A DNA stretch of 64,000 nt from Hemiscyllium ocellatum (GCF_020745735.1 NC_083416.1:57747131-57811130); one strand, 5' to 3'; positions 23,780 through 37,902 are shown, numbered from the stretch's first letter. Notes: generated from the sequence alone by a model not told the origin. Translations and numbers: made by a program.

Positions 23780-23875
23780 ATATATATATACACACATCCT
23801 AATTAATATATAAACAATAGCAAGTAAATATCTGTCTGTATGTGTGTGTGTGTGTGTCTGTCTGTATGTGTATGT
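23780..23875. repeat. (TA)n and (TG)n/(TCTG)n microsatellites
   Basis: Directly visible simple repeats. Confidence 0.85.
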
Positions 23876-25565
23876 TAACACTGGCACCTCCAAATCACAA
23901 AGGATAATTGACCTTCTCAACTTTAGTCCCAATCCTTGTTGCTTATTTTTGATCTCCTCAGTTTTATTTTAACCTGATGATTTTTTTTAATCCAGTAGTG
24001 AGGTTTGGAGGATTAAACCAGAGTAAAAGTGGATATAAACAGTTAAGAGTATCAGGTGAAAGGAAAGCATTGTTTTATTGCTGCTGCTTGTTTCACAGTC
24101 ATTAGAAAAATTGGCCTCTCTTAAGGATAAATCAGAAGGTGGATATAATCCATATGGGATCAATTATCATTTCTATTACCTATATTAACAGGGTGTGATT
24201 AGACTCAAAATGATCTGTTAAGCCTTGTTGCCCCATTGGCACTGCACAAATGAAGAGCTTGGTAACACTTAGAAAGGGTCCAATAAATAAGTATCTGAAT
24301 TTCTTGCTTGTTTTCAGAGGCACATTCCTTTTCATGTGTGAATTAGTAGTTGTTGGACCAGGATTGTCATTTTAGAAAAAAACTCACTGAAGCATGTGCC
24401 AGAGGACATGGGAGCTGATGAGGGACATTGACAATGATTTTTATCAGGTCATGTAGGTTCCACGAAAGTAATCTGAGTTGCTTCTCAAGGATCCCCCTCT
24501 GTAATTGTGGCCTCACTCTCAGTGTCTTGCTGGCAGACTGCTATCAGAACACTCCTTGGTCCCCCACTGCACAGATAAAGGATATAAATGAAGTTTCCTT
24601 GTTAAAACTGTAGTCATTGCATTGCTGTTTGTAGGAAACCAGCAAGCCAGTGTGCTTCTTTGGTCTTTGACTAAATGTCAAACTTGACCACGTAATACAT
24701 TTGTGGACAAAACAGAGGTACAAATATTTGTGTTACATGACAATACATTGTTGGTTTCAAATAATAGTCAGAAACATATAAAAGTGCAGCATTCTGTTTA
24801 TCTAAGTACTTAGCTTCAGTCCTTGATGATTTTGATTGCATTGTTAAGCAAATTTCAGATAACTTCAGGAATAATTTCAAGAGTCAGGGTAATGTGGATC
24901 TTGCAGCTTCTTCTGGGTTTGCAGTATAGTTAAAGATTTATTATAGCTTTTGATGCGGTCAGTATAGTCATTATAGATTACAAATATAAGATTTTTTTTT
25001 CCATTTTGTTTTATTAACATTGGGTGGGGGGGGGAAAGAAACAAAAAATATTGACTTTTTCTCAAACGGACTTTTTCTTAATACAAGGTTTTTAAAGGTC
25101 TCCAGTAAATGGCTGGTTTCTTTTATTTGTAATTCAGAAATTAACAAGTCTATGTATTTTAGACATTTTTTTTTGTTTATATTGCAAAGGTTTTTTTGTT
25201 TGAGAAACTGAACAGTTTCCTTTTATATAAAGAGTTGTGTTTTTGTTCTGGAGAGTCCTACATGTGGTCTGCTTTGAAGAAGATTTTTTTCTTCTTTAAG
25301 TTTATTGAAGAATAATTGTTTTTATTCAGTTAATCAGCTAAGTGACTTTTTAAAGTATTTATATGTTTGATATATATATTTTTAGTTTTTTTTCTATTTT
25401 AACATTCATTTCTGTAAGTAATGAAAGGTAGTTTGTTTTACATATAAGGTGTTATTGAAACATCCTCTTTTTAGGCTTAAAGTTATTAAGGCCACATTTA
25501 AGGTACCAAGTGAGATTGCTAGGAGATTTAGATAAGTTATTACTCAGCAGGATCAGTCATATAGA

Positions 25566-28500
25566 TGGGTGACTGTCAGGAAAGATAATAAAATAATTCC
25601 AAAGTTTCCGGTGGCTATTCATCTATCAAATAGATATTAAGGGAGATTTTACATTGTTAGAGAGGGGGAGTGGAGGCATTCTAAGTAGCAGTGGAAATGG
25701 AAGGATTGATGGGGAAGGCACTGAATGTGAGGAGAGCATATCAATTAGAAAAGAAAGGAGAGAGAGATTTGGAGTATCTAATAATTGAAGAAGTAAACTG
25801 CCTGGAGGAAGAACGCCTCATCTTCCACCTCGGAACACTTCAACCCCGGGGCATCAATGTAGACTTCAACAGCTTCCTCATTTCCCCTTCCCCCACCTCA
25901 TCCTAGTTTCGAGCTTCCAGCTCAGCACTGTCCCCATGACTTGTCCGGACCTGTCCGACATGCCTGGCTCCTTTTCCACCTATCCACTCCACCCTCTCCT
26001 TCCTGACCTATCACCTTCATCTCCTCCCCCACTCACCCATTGTTCTCTATGCTACTCTCTCCCCACCCCACCATCCCCTAGCTTATCTCTCCATGCTTCC
26101 GGCTCACTGTCTTAATTCCTGATGAAGGGCTTTTGCCCGAAATGAGGATTTCGCTGCTCGTTGGATGCTGCCTGAACTGCTGTGCTCTTCCAGCACCACT
26201 GATCCAGAATCTGGTTTCCAGCATCTGCAGTCATTGTTTTTACCTTGCATTTATTTCAATGCAAGTGGTCTTAGAGGAAAGGCTGATGAACTCACTTAAG
26301 AACATAGGATTCACACGTCATTGCTATTACAGGAACTTGGATGAGAGATGGACAGGACTGGCACCTCAATGTTCCAAGTTGGAGATGCTGTAGGAAGATA
26401 GGAAAGGAGGTGGAGGGTGGCATTTTTGATTAAGGAATACATTACTGCTGTAACAAGGAAGGTATTTCTGAAAAATAGTCCAGTGAAAAATATATGGGTA
26501 GAAATTACAAATGAAAAAAGGAAAGATCACTTTGGGATTGTACTATAGAAAAACAAATATATAAAGGGAGATTTGAGATATATGTATGCATAAGAAAGCT
26601 GTAATAATGGGAGATTTTAATTTTCCAGAAATTGACTTAGATTACTACATTAAAGGTTTGAATGGCGAAAGATTTGTCAAATGTGGACAAGAAAATTTTC
26701 TTTATCAATATGTGGATGCTCCTGCTAGGGAAGTTGCAAAACTAGACTTTCTTTTAGGCAATAAGGCAGGACAGGTGACTGAAGTAAAAGTAGGGTCTAG
26801 TAGTTATAATTCTATTACTTTGAAAATGGTTATGTAAAAGGATATGTCTTCCATAAAAGTTAAAGATTTTAATTGGAGTAAGGCAAATTTTTAATGGTAT
26901 GAGACAAGAAGTTGATTAGAGTAGGCTGTTCGCAGATAAAAGGACATCTGACAAGTGCTAGGCATTCAAGAGTTCAGAGGCATTTTGTTCTTGTTAGAGT
27001 GATAAGATTAAGGAACAATGAATGAATAAAGATATTGAGGTTCTAGTCAAGAATAATAGTCTTTATTTTAGATATAGACAATTTGGTTCATTTGAATCTT
27101 TGAATAAGGGCATTTTTGAGAGAAATCAGTAAGACAAAGGAGAATATGAGATAGCATTGGCAGATATGATTAAGGATAATCCAAAGAGATTTTACAAATA
27201 CATTGAGACCAAAAGAGTAACTGGAGGGAGGGTAGGGCCTGTTAAAGATCAAGGAGGTTGTCTTCGTGTTGAACCCCAGGAATAGGAGAGATACTAAGTG
27301 AATAATCTTCACATTACAGAAGAGGAATTTCAGGAGGTCTTGGACAATATAAATGTGGATAAATCTCCAGGACCTAATCTGATATCCCAAAACTTTGTGG
27401 GAAGTAAGGGAGGAAGTTGAGACCCGTTACAGAAATATTTGCATCATCTACAAATACGGGTGAGGTGCTTGATAACTGGAGGGTGGCTAATCTTGTACCT
27501 CTGTTTAAGAAAGGTTGTAAGGAGAAACTGGAGAACTCTAGGCCTTAGAGTCTGACTTCAGTTGTGGGTAAATTGTTGGAGGTGATTATAAAAGATAGGA
27601 TTTAGGGACATTTGGAGAGACAAAAAATGATTTGGGATAGTCAACATGATTTTGTGCAAGGAAAATAGTGTCTCACAAACTTGATTTGAGTTTTTGAGGA
27701 AGTTACCAAAAGCACAGCAGTGAACATTGTTTATTTGGATTTTAGTAATGCCTTTGACAAAGTTCCGCACGGTAGACTAATTCATCAAGTCAGGCCACGT
27801 GGAATTCAGGGTGAACTTGCCAATTGATACGTAATTGGCTTACTGGCAGGGAACAGAGAAATGGTGGAGGGTTGCCTTTTGGAGGAGGCCTGTGACCAGC
27901 AGTGTTCCGCAGGGATCGGTTCTGGATCCTCTTTTATTTTTCATTTATATAAGTGTTTTGGATGAGAATATAGAAGGTACGCTTAGTAAGTTTGTGGCTG
28001 ACACCAAAATTGGTGGCATTTCAGTAAATAAGGTTTTCTGACATTGCAAAAGGATTTTGATCAAATGGGTCAATGGGCTGAAACATGGAAGATCACGTTC
28101 AATTTGGATAAATGCGAGGTAATGCATTTTGGTACAACAAGCAAGTGTAGGGCTTATAAAACTAGTAGGGCCTTGGGTAGTGTTGTAGAATAAAGGCACT
28201 TAGGTATGCAGATGCATAATTATTCAAAGCTTGTATCTCATATAGACAGGGTGGTTAAAAAGGCATTTGGCACGCTTGTCTTCATTGCTTAGTCCTCTTG
28301 AGTATAGGGGTTGGGATGTTATGTTGAGGTTGTACGGGACATTGTATTCCAGAAGAGGCCTCACCAGTGTCCAGTTCTGGTTGGCCAGTTATAGGAAGAA
28401 TATTATCAAATTGGACAGGACTCAGAAGAGATTTACCAGGATGTTGCTGTGTATGAAAGGTTTGACTTATAAAAAAAGGCTGGATAGACTGGGATATTTT

Positions 28501-28884
28501 TCCACTGGAGGTTAGGAAGTTGAGAGGTGATCTGAATGAAGTTTACAAAAGTTTGAGAGATCTAAATAGAGTTGATGGTAGTTGTCTTTTCCCTAAGATG
28601 GGGAATTTCAAGATTAGGGGGCACATTTTTAAAGTGAGGAGAGAAATTTAGAAAAGACATAGGCAAATGTTTTAACAGAGGCCGGTTTGCATGTGGAATG
28701 AACTTCCTGAGGAAGTACAGTTATAATGTTTAAAAGATGTTTGGATGAATACGTGAATAGGAAAGGTTTGGAGGCATATGGGCCTGGAGCAGGCAGGTAG
28801 GTCAAGTTTAGTTTGGGATTATGTTCAGCACGGCCTTGTTAAACTGAAGGTTTTGTTTCCATGTTGTATGGGCCTATGACTCTA
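25566..28884 (+). mobile_element. Long decayed CR1/HER1-type LINE (EN plus RT)
   Basis: GDFNFP, LDFLLGN, VPQGSVL and KFVADTK fragments; CTATGACTCTA tail; many stops and frameshifts. Confidence 0.85.
25799..26245 (+). mobile_element. Neptune-type PLE 3' fragment nested in the CR1, with decayed HHR at 26115-26150
   Basis: LEEERLIFHLGTLQPRGINVDF; CUGAUGA-A-GGGC(UUUU)GCCC-GAAAU; terminal tail present. Confidence 0.85.
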
Positions 28885-29344
28885 AGACAGTAGTAGTCCA
28901 TAACGCAGACTGTCAGTAAATGAATGTCCACTTCTCTGTTTCTGCCAATCAGTTCCCAAAGCTGGGATAAATCTCCTTCTTATTATTGACCATTGTAGTG
29001 TGTTCTCCTGTTTTATGAAATTGAGTTCTGAGTATTTACACAATTGGTCCTGCAATCAAATCAAAAACAGCACTGTCATAAAGAATGAAACTCATTTTCC
29101 ATTTCCTGTCACATTTGAGTAAATACAATTTAAAAATTTCAAGACCGATTTTATTCTTAATTCAGAAATATTTATTGTCAGATGATATGGTAAGGAAATT
29201 TGTTAATGTACTAATGCATAACTATATTATTGTTTATTAAAGATAAAGCAAATACATATTATATAAACTGATTGTGTGAAGCTGAATTCAGAACTATCTG
29301 ATGATATCATACAGTCTCAGGAAGTAGGGAAGCTTCGCATCTTG

Positions 29345-29592
29345 ATCATAGAATCCCTACAGTGTGGAAGCTGGCCACTCAGCCCACACTAACCCTCCAA
29401 AGAGCATCCCATCCAGACCGACCCCTCTGTAACTCTGCATTCTCCATGACCAATCCGCCTAACCTGTACATCTTTGGACTGCAGGGAGAATGTGCCAACT
29501 CCACACAGGTAAGTCACCTGAGGCTGGAATCTAACCTGGATCCCTGGCACCATGAGGTAGCAGTGCTAACTGCTGAGCAAATGTGCTGCCCC
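29345..29592 (-). mobile_element. HE1-type SINE, decayed
   Basis: Antisense similarity to 21886-22160. Confidence 0.75.
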
Positions 29593-30084
29593 ACATAGAG
29601 TCAGATGTGTCATCATTTTATTAATTTTATTAATTACTACGGCTACCTAGCCAAATAACCTATACCTATTATCTTCAGGCAATAAACTATATCTTGCTAA
29701 GACAAGTGTCTCTTCTTGTTAAGACTCATTCATGACTCATCGACTAGTGTTAACCAGACAGGTCTTTCGGCTCAGTGTAGAATCTTGATTTGGTGGCAGC
29801 AATCTATCCCAATAATTAATGGTTGTGGTTAATTTCACAGCATATAAAACAATTAGGGTTTCTAGGAAAATAGACATGAAACATTTCTACATGTCAGATT
29901 CATAGTTTTCAGTCAGTTGGAAAATAGTCGTCAAGAGACTCAAGCACAAACAATCTAAGTTCAATAATAAGTTTGTAAGAGGAATGGAATATCTCCAAAA
30001 GTTAAGACATTAAAGCATATTAAACTAATAAATGCAATAGCTTATTTTCTTCCTTTGGTATATCAACATGTCTCCCTGTTAGTC

Positions 30085-33000
30085 AGAAGGTGGAGCAGCA
30101 GCAGCACAGAGTGAGCATAAAATTCACTGAGCTTGGGGAGTGCTGCCTAGACTGTGAGGAGCATTCGGAGAAGCAGCAGCAGTGAGTGAGTAAGTATGTA
30201 TAAAAGTCACTGAGCTTGGGGACTACAGCCAAGTCTGCAGGGAACAGTTGGAAGGCAGAACAACAGCAGCACAGAGTGAGTATAAAACTCACTGAGCTCC
30301 GTGTGTGTAGCTTAGTTATAGAGCCATAGAGATGTACAGCATGGACTTCGGTCCAACTCATCCATGCCGATCAGATATCCCAACCCAATCTAGTCCCACC
30401 TGCCAGCACCCGCCCATAACCCTCTAAACCCTTCCTATTCAAATATCCATCCAGATGCCTTTTAAATGTTGCAATTCTACCAACCTCCATCACTTCCTCT
30501 GGCAGCCCATTCCGTACACACACCACCCTCTGTGTGAAAATGTTGCCCCTAAGATCCCTTTCATATCTTTCCACTCTCACCCTAAAGCTATGTCCTCTAG
30601 TTCTGGACTCCCTCACCCCAGAAAAAAAGACCTTGTCTGTTTATCCTACCCATACCCCTCATGATTTTATAAACCTCTATACGGTCACCCCTCAGTCTCC
30701 GACACTCCAGGGAAAACAGCCCTTGCCGATTCAGCTTCTCCCTATAGCTCAAATCCTCCAACCCTGGTTAAATCCTTGTAAATCTTTTCCGAACCCTATC
30801 AAGTTTCACAACATCTTTCCGATAGGAAGGAGACCAGAATTGCACACAATATTCCAACAGTGGTCTAACCAATGCCCTGTACAGCTGCAACATGACCTTA
30901 CAACTCCTGAACTCAACACTCTACCAATAAAGGAAAACATAACAAACGCCTTCTTCACTATCCTATCTACGTGTAACTTCAAATTCCAGGAATACTGACC
31001 TGCACTCGAAGGTCTCCTGTTCAGCAACACTGCCTAGGACCTTACCATTAAGTGAATAAGTCCTGCTAAGATTTGCTTTCCCAAAATGCAGCACCTCACA
31101 TTTATCTAATTAATCTCCATCTGCCACTCCTCAGCCCATTGGCTCACCTGATCAAGATCTCATTGTAATCCAAGGTAACCTTCTTCTCTGAATACAACAC
31201 CTCCGTTTTGGTGTCATCTTCAAGCTTACTAACTGATCTAACCTTGCTAACCAGTCTCCCATGGGGAACCATGTCGAACGACTTACTGAAGTCAATATAG
31301 ATCACATCTACCGCTCTGACCTCATCAATCCTCTTTGTTTGTTCTTCAAAATACTCAATCAAGTTTGTGAGACATGATTTCCCATGCACAAAGCCATGTT
31401 GACTAGTCATACGCTGTTGATGCAAAAAATACTGGAGTGACGTCACATGGAAGCTGTGACCTGATTGGCTGGTAGGAAGTGGGTGGAGAGGGTGTAAAAG
31501 AGCATAACACAAGTATTAGAAATTAAATAACTCACCAATTTAGATAAATTAATAAGTAACTAAGTAGAGATAGCTGGGCCGATGGTGTGCTGTAGCTACA
31601 TGATGTGAGAGCTGGCTATTCACTTTGTGATCACATTTATCTCTCCAGCCCAGAGGTTCACTGCCTTATTCCTAATCCCATTGTGAATGGCAGTGACCAC
31701 ATCTGCAGCAAGTGTTAGTTGCTGGAAGAACTCAGTCTCAGAAGTAATGATCTGGTATCTGAGTTTCAAATATTGCGGTACATCCGAGAGGGGGAAAGTT
31801 ACCTGAGCACTTTGTTTCAGGACGCAGTCACACCCAGTGGATTAAGTAATTCAAATTCAGTCAGTGATCAAGAACAACAGGGTGTGACTGTAAGTAAGGC
31901 AGATAGGGGCTTCTGAGTTCAGGAATGGAGGAGCCTCAGATCTTGACCTTATTCAACAGCTACAAGATGCTTGCTCCCTGTATGGATGAGGAAAAGGGCT
32001 GTGGGGAGGATGAGCCAGCTGACCACTGCACTAGGATGCAGGTGGCCATTCAAGAGGGGGGAGCAAAAAGACAAATAGTTGTTATAGGGGTTCTCGAATT
32101 AGGGGAATAGACAGTATCGTTTGCAAGCCAAATGGTGAGTCCGCGTGGTGTGTTGCCTGCCCAGTGCAAGGGTGCAGGACATCTCTGACTGGCTTGAAAG
32201 GATGTTGGAGTGGGAGGGGGAGGATCCTGTTCTTGTGGTCCATGTTGGGGCAAGTAATATAGGCAAAGCTAGAATGGAGGACCTGTTTGGGGACTATCTT
32301 CCACTAGGAACGAAATTAAATGACAGGATCTCGAATGTCACAATCGCTGGATGATTACCCAAGCCACTGGCTTAGGGATAAGAAATTTAGAGAAGTAAAC
32401 ACGTGGCTAGGGGAGTGGTATGGGAACGAGGGGCTCCATTTCATGGGGCATTGGCATCAGTTTTGGAACAGGAGGGATCTGTACCGATGGGATAGTCTGT
32501 ACCAATAGGACGGTCTCCACCTGAACCAATCTGGAACCAGTGTTCTAGCGAAAAGTGTGGTCATTAGGGCTTTAAACTAGTGAGTCGGGGGGAAGGGAAG
32601 GGGAAAACGACAGGAAGTATGATGGCTATTAAAATAGTAAGTAGCAGGCTAGGATGTGCGCGGGAGGGTTTAACTTCAAGGTAGACTATGAAAGTAGAAG
32701 GGAAAGATAACTCAGGAGGTATTATTAGAGATGCTGTGGTTTGCAAACTAGCATAAGGGCACTTTACCTGAATGCTCACAGCATTCATAACAAGCTTGAT
32801 GAGTTAACGGCACAAACATCGGGAATGAATATTGTTTAGTAGCTATTATGGAGAGATGGTTACAGGATGTTCATGACTGTGAGTTAAATATCCAAGGGTA
32901 ATAGACTATTTGGAAGGTAGGTAAGGGAGGTAGTATAGCTCTGATATTCAAGGACGACATCAGGCAGGTGCTGAGAGATGATATAGGTTCTATGGCAAAC

Positions 33001-35587
33001 AAGGTTGAATCTATTTGGGTGAAAATTAGAAATTCTAAGAAGAAAATGTCACTGACTGGCATAGTCTAAGAGCCACCAAATAATATCGCATTGGGGTGGG
33101 TAATAAACAAATAATTAACTGGTAAGGCAATTATCATGGGAGATTTTAATCTGCATGTTGATTCATTGAACCAACTCAGTCAGAGTAGCCTTGAGGAGGA
33201 GTTCGTTGAGTGTATCCACGATAGTTTACTTGAATAATATGTAATGGGACCGATGTGGGAGCAAGCTATCTTGGATCTGGTCCTGTGAAATGGGATCGGA
33301 ACAATTAATGACCCCCTAGTTAGGGATCCTCTTGGAAGGAGTGATCACAGTATGGTTGTGTTTAGAATACGGGTGGACAGTGTGAAGGTACCAGTGTCCT
33401 GTGCTTAAATAAGGGAGAATACAATGGATGAGGGAGGATTTGGCTAAAGCAGACTGGAAACAAATACTTTATGGTGGGACAGTTGATGAGCAGTGGAGGA
33501 CTTTCAAAGTAATTTTTCAAAGTGCTCAGCAAAAGTGTATTCCAGTAAAAAGGAAGGACTGTAAGGAAAGGGATAATCTGCCATGTGTGCCTAAAGAAAT
33601 AAGGAAGGCTATCAAACTCCAATGAGAAGGCACACAAGGTAGTAAAGATCAGCAGGAAACTAGAAGATTGGGAAAGCTTTAAAGGTCAACAGAAAGCCAC
33701 AAAAAGAGCTATAAAGAAAAGTAATGTAGAACATGGTAAAAAGACTAACACAGAATATAAAGCCAGATAGCAAACATTTCTAGAAATATATAAAATGAAA
33801 GAGAGTGGCTAAAGTAAATGTTGGTCCTTTAGAGGATGAGAATGGGCATTTAATCATGGGATATGATGAAATGGCCAAGCATTAAACAGCCATTTTGTGT
33901 TGGTCTTCACAATGGAGGACATGAACAATTTGCCAGTAATTGAGAAAGAGATAAAGGTAGGTGAGGACCTGGAAACCATCATTATCACAGAAAAGGTAGT
34001 GTTGAACAAACTAATGGAGCTAAGGATAGTCCAGTCTCCTGGCTCTGATGGAATGCATCTTGGGGAACTAAAGAGATGGAAGGAGAAAAGCAAGTGCTCT
34101 TATGGTAATTTTCAAACATTCACTGACTCTTGGGCAGTTCCAGCAGATTGGAAACAGCAAATGGAATGCCATTACTTAAAAAGGTTGGTAGACAAAAGAT
34201 GGGGAATTATAGACTGGTTAGCTTAACTTCTGTAGTGGGGAAGATGTGGGAGTCTATTATCAAGGAAGAAATAGCAAGGCATCTCGATAGAAATTGTTCT
34301 GTTGGGCAGATGCAGCATGGGTTCATAAAGAGCAGCTCACGCTTAACTAATCTTTTGGAATTCTATGAACAGCATGGTGCACAATGGGGACTTAGTAGAT
34401 GTGTTGTACCTCGACTTCCAAAAGGCCTTCAACAAGAGGGTGCCACACAAGAGGCTGCTGCATAAGATAAGGATGCATGGTGTTATGGGTAAAGAATTAA
34501 CATGGATGGAGGATTGGTTAACTAACAGGAAGCAAAGAATGGGGATGATTAAGTGCTATCCTGGTTGCCAATCCATAACCAGTGGTGTACCTCAGGGTTC
34601 AGTTTTGGGACCGTAATTATTTACAATTTATAGAGATGATTTGGATGTGTGTCAAAGTTTGCAGATGACACTAAGATGAGTAGCAGAGCAAAGTGTGCAG
34701 AGGACTGTGAAACTTTGCAGAGGAACTTAGATACTTTAAGTGATTGGGCAAAGATCTGGCAGATGGAAAACAATGTTAATAAATGTGAAATTGTCCATTT
34801 TGGTAGGAATAACAGTAAAAAGAACTATATCATGAATGGTAAAATGTTGCAGCATGCTACTGTGCAGAAGGATCTGTGTGTCCTTGTGCATGAATCACAG
34901 AAGGTTGGTCTGCAGGTACAACTGGTAATTAGGAAGGCAAATGGCAGTTTGTCTTTCATTGCTGAAGAGATAGAGTTTAAAAGTAGGGAGGTTATGTTGC
35001 AGCTGTATAGAGTGCTGGTGAGGCCACACCTGGAGTACTGTGTGCAGTTTTGGTTTCCTTACTTGAGGAAGGATGTACTGGCAACAGAGGGGGTGCAGAG
35101 AAGGTTCACTCAATTGATTCCAGATTTGAGGGGGTTGGCTTATGAGGAGAGACTGAGTAAATTTGGGATTACATTCATTGGAATTTTGAAAAATGAGGGG
35201 GGACATTAAAGAAACATATGCAATTATGAAGAGAATAGATAAGATTGAAGTAGAGAGGATGCTCTCACTGGCAGGTGAAACCATGACAAGAGGGCATAGC
35301 CTCAAAATTATAGGGAGCAGATTTAGGACTGAATTGAGAAGGAACTACTCCACCCAGAGGGTGTGAATCTATGGAATGCCGGCCCAGTGAAGTAGTTGAT
35401 GCTACTTCAATAAATGTTTTTAAAGCTAAGATAGATTTTTTTTGAACAATAAAGGTATTAAGGGTTATGTGAGAGGGCGGGTGAGTGGATCCGAGTCCAC
35501 AAAAAGATCAGCCATGATCTTATTGAATGGCAGAGCAGACTCAAAGGGCCAGATGGCCTACTCCTGCTCCTAGCTCTTATGTTCTTC
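30085..35587 (+). mobile_element. Near full-length decayed CR1 LINE (tandem-repeat 5' UTR, ORF1 zinc finger plus SGNH esterase, ORF2)
   Basis: Three GAGTGAG..ATAAAA.TCACTGAGCT units at 30100-30300. ORF1 CxxC and VHVGASNIG/GLHLN motifs at about 31580-32580. ORF2 FADD near 34660. TCTTATGTTCT tail. Linking the 5' UTR across the nested LINE is an inference. Confidence 0.8.
30319..31406 (-). mobile_element. HER1/CR1 LINE 3' part with an internal deletion, nested in the CR1 5' UTR
   Basis: Antisense QHGFVHGKSCLTNLIEYFE and SRTRGHSFRV; antisense CTATGGCTCTA tail; deletion junction near 31232. Confidence 0.9.
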
Positions 35588-35954
35588 TGTAACATGCTTT
35601 ACCAAGCATGTTGCATGAACAAGTCAATGTTGTTCGAAGGCCAATTGATATCTCAATCCAGTGATAATATGCAATTATTTGTTTTACAAGAAGATTTGCT
35701 TTAAAATGTGATATTGAGACCTAGAGTCATCAGAGATAGCACATTCACTGCCTGATCCATATTGTGATCAGTAATACAAGTGGGGGTTGTGGTATTTGTC
35801 TCAGTGAAAGCTAAATTTGCCTTCATCCTAAGAGATGGAAAGAGTTACTAAATGTTACTATGAGTAACATGGGGCAAATTAACAGGGGAATTAAAAATGT
35901 ATTTCTTGAAAGAAAAACAATTTATGTGCTACCTTTCAGGACTTCAGGGTTTCA

Positions 35955-37020
35955 GACCATAAGATAAAAAGGAGCAGGAGCAGAATTAGACAATTCAGTC
36001 CAATGAATCTGTTCCGTCATTTGATCACAACTGACACGTTTCTCAATTCAATTCTCTTGCCTTCTCCCCCTCATCCTTAATCCCCCTAATCAATCAAGAC
36101 CTATCCATCTCTGTCTTGCGTACAATCAACGACTGGCACCCACAGCACTCTGTGACAATGAGCTCCACAGATTAACCAGCCTCTGGCTGAAGAAATTCTT
36201 CCTCTCCTCAGTTCTAAAGTTCCCTTTTTTTCTGAGGCTGTGACCTTGGGTTCTTCCCCACATACAAAATATCCAGGCCCCTCCGTGTACAATAAGTTGC
36301 AATGAGATCCACCACATCAACATTCTGGACTCCATCAAGCACTGATCCAGAATCCTCAACTGCTCCTCATATGACAAGCTCTTCATCACTGGGATCATTC
36401 TTGTAAACCTCCTCTGGACAGTCCAAGGTCTGCACATTGTTAGATACAAAGGCCAAAATTTCTCTCAATATTCCAAACGTGGTGAGACCAGACCTTTGCG
36501 CAGTCTCACGAATACACCTCTGCTTTCCAAATGAATGCTAACTTGCATTTGCCTTTCTGACTGCCAGCTGAACCTGCATGTTAACATTAAGAGAACCCTG
36601 ACTTAGGATTCCCAAGTCTCTTTGTATTTCAGATTTTTGAAGCCTTTCCCTGCCTAGAAAATAGTCTATACCTCTATTCTTCTTAAATGCATAACCTCAT
36701 ATTTTCCCACATTATATTCCATCTGTCAGTTCTTTGCCCATTCTCCTAATTGCCCAAGTCCTTCTGCAGCCTCTGATCCCTCAACACCACCTGCCCCTCT
36801 ACTATCTTTGTGTCATCTACAAATTTAGCAACATTTTGCCATCATGTCCTTTGTCAATATCGTTAATGTATAACATGAATAGTTGTGGTCCCAACACGGA
36901 CCCCTGTGGAACTCCACTAGTCACTGGCTGCTGTTGTGCGAAATACTCCTCATCACTCTTTCTGCCAGTTAGCCAATCCTCTTTCCATGCCATATTTTTG
37001 CTCCTAACACCATGGCCTCT
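35955..37020 (-). mobile_element. CR1 LINE 3' fragment
   Basis: Antisense [24 protein letters not shown] and TCTTATGGTC tail. Confidence 0.85.
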
Positions 37021-37088
37021 TATTTTAGTCAATCAATTTGTGCACAGCAAGCTCCCACAAACAGCAATGTGATAATCTATTATAGTTC

Positions 37089-37128
37089 TTAGACTTGACT
37101 TGAGAATATAAGCTCTTCTGACTCAAAA
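37089..37128 (-). CDS. Candidate terminal coding exon (exon 10) of the OCTN-like gene: (G)FESEELIFSSQV*
   Basis: Strong acceptor TTTGTTTTCACAG 1.3 kb past exon 9, correct phase 2, and a C-terminal S-x-V class-I PDZ motif like that of OCTN1/2. No direct homology proof. Confidence 0.4.
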
Positions 37129-37902
37129 CTGTGAAAACAAACTGAGCTTGTGGTATTTTATAATTAATAAAAAAAAAAGAGATGCAGGGGGATTGTATCT
37201 GACTGAACAGATTGGGTGAAGACCAGAAGTTACTTGATAGATCTTCTAGGATCATGTCCAAACAGAATTGGCATCCAGAAAGTGTCAAGGGCACAGGCCG
37301 TGATTTAATGTCAGCTTTCTCCAGGAGATCCTGACTGGTCAGTGCAAGTGAGGAATTCAGATAAGCTCCCACAGCCAAATCTTCCATCATTACACAATAT
37401 TTTGGCTATCTGGCACTGAAACTACCGAAAACACACAGTAAAATAACATAAAACAGGCGTTACAATGAAGCAGCCTCATGCTATGATAAAGGTATATCAA
37501 CGTACTGAATATGCTGATCTGAAGTTGTGCTGGCACTGTACACTGGGTTGCATTGGCCAGTTTTTGTGCTGTAAACTACAATAGCAGAATGTAATAAATG
37601 GTGGAGTTTCCTGCCTCATCAATTAACAAGTCAGCAGGCAATGATGCCAGCGACCCCTCAGCCATTTAATACTTGGAGGCTAAACGCTAAACTTCCAACT
37701 CGCACTCAGCAGTACAGTCAGTGTTGCAACAGGACCTAGAAATGAAAATCAGCCATTGAGCAAGGAACCCAGTTGGGTGAGGCTGATTAACTGGGGCAGT
37801 CAGGAAGTGAGGGCTTGGGGGTAGAAATGTTGCATCAAAGACTGGAGTCATTCTCCTGCTGGCTTTGGCCCTTGCTGTCATTGAGTCACTCTGTTGGGCC
37901 GA

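Noticed and set aside
29013-29049. Alternative terminal exon for the OCTN-like gene (GTNCVNTQNSIS*)
   Set aside because: Good acceptor, but farther away and without a PDZ-type end; less favoured than 37128-37089, though not excluded.
30100-30300. CRISPR-like spaced repeats
   Set aside because: Eukaryotic context, degenerate units, related spacers and no cas genes; better explained as LINE 5' UTR monomers.
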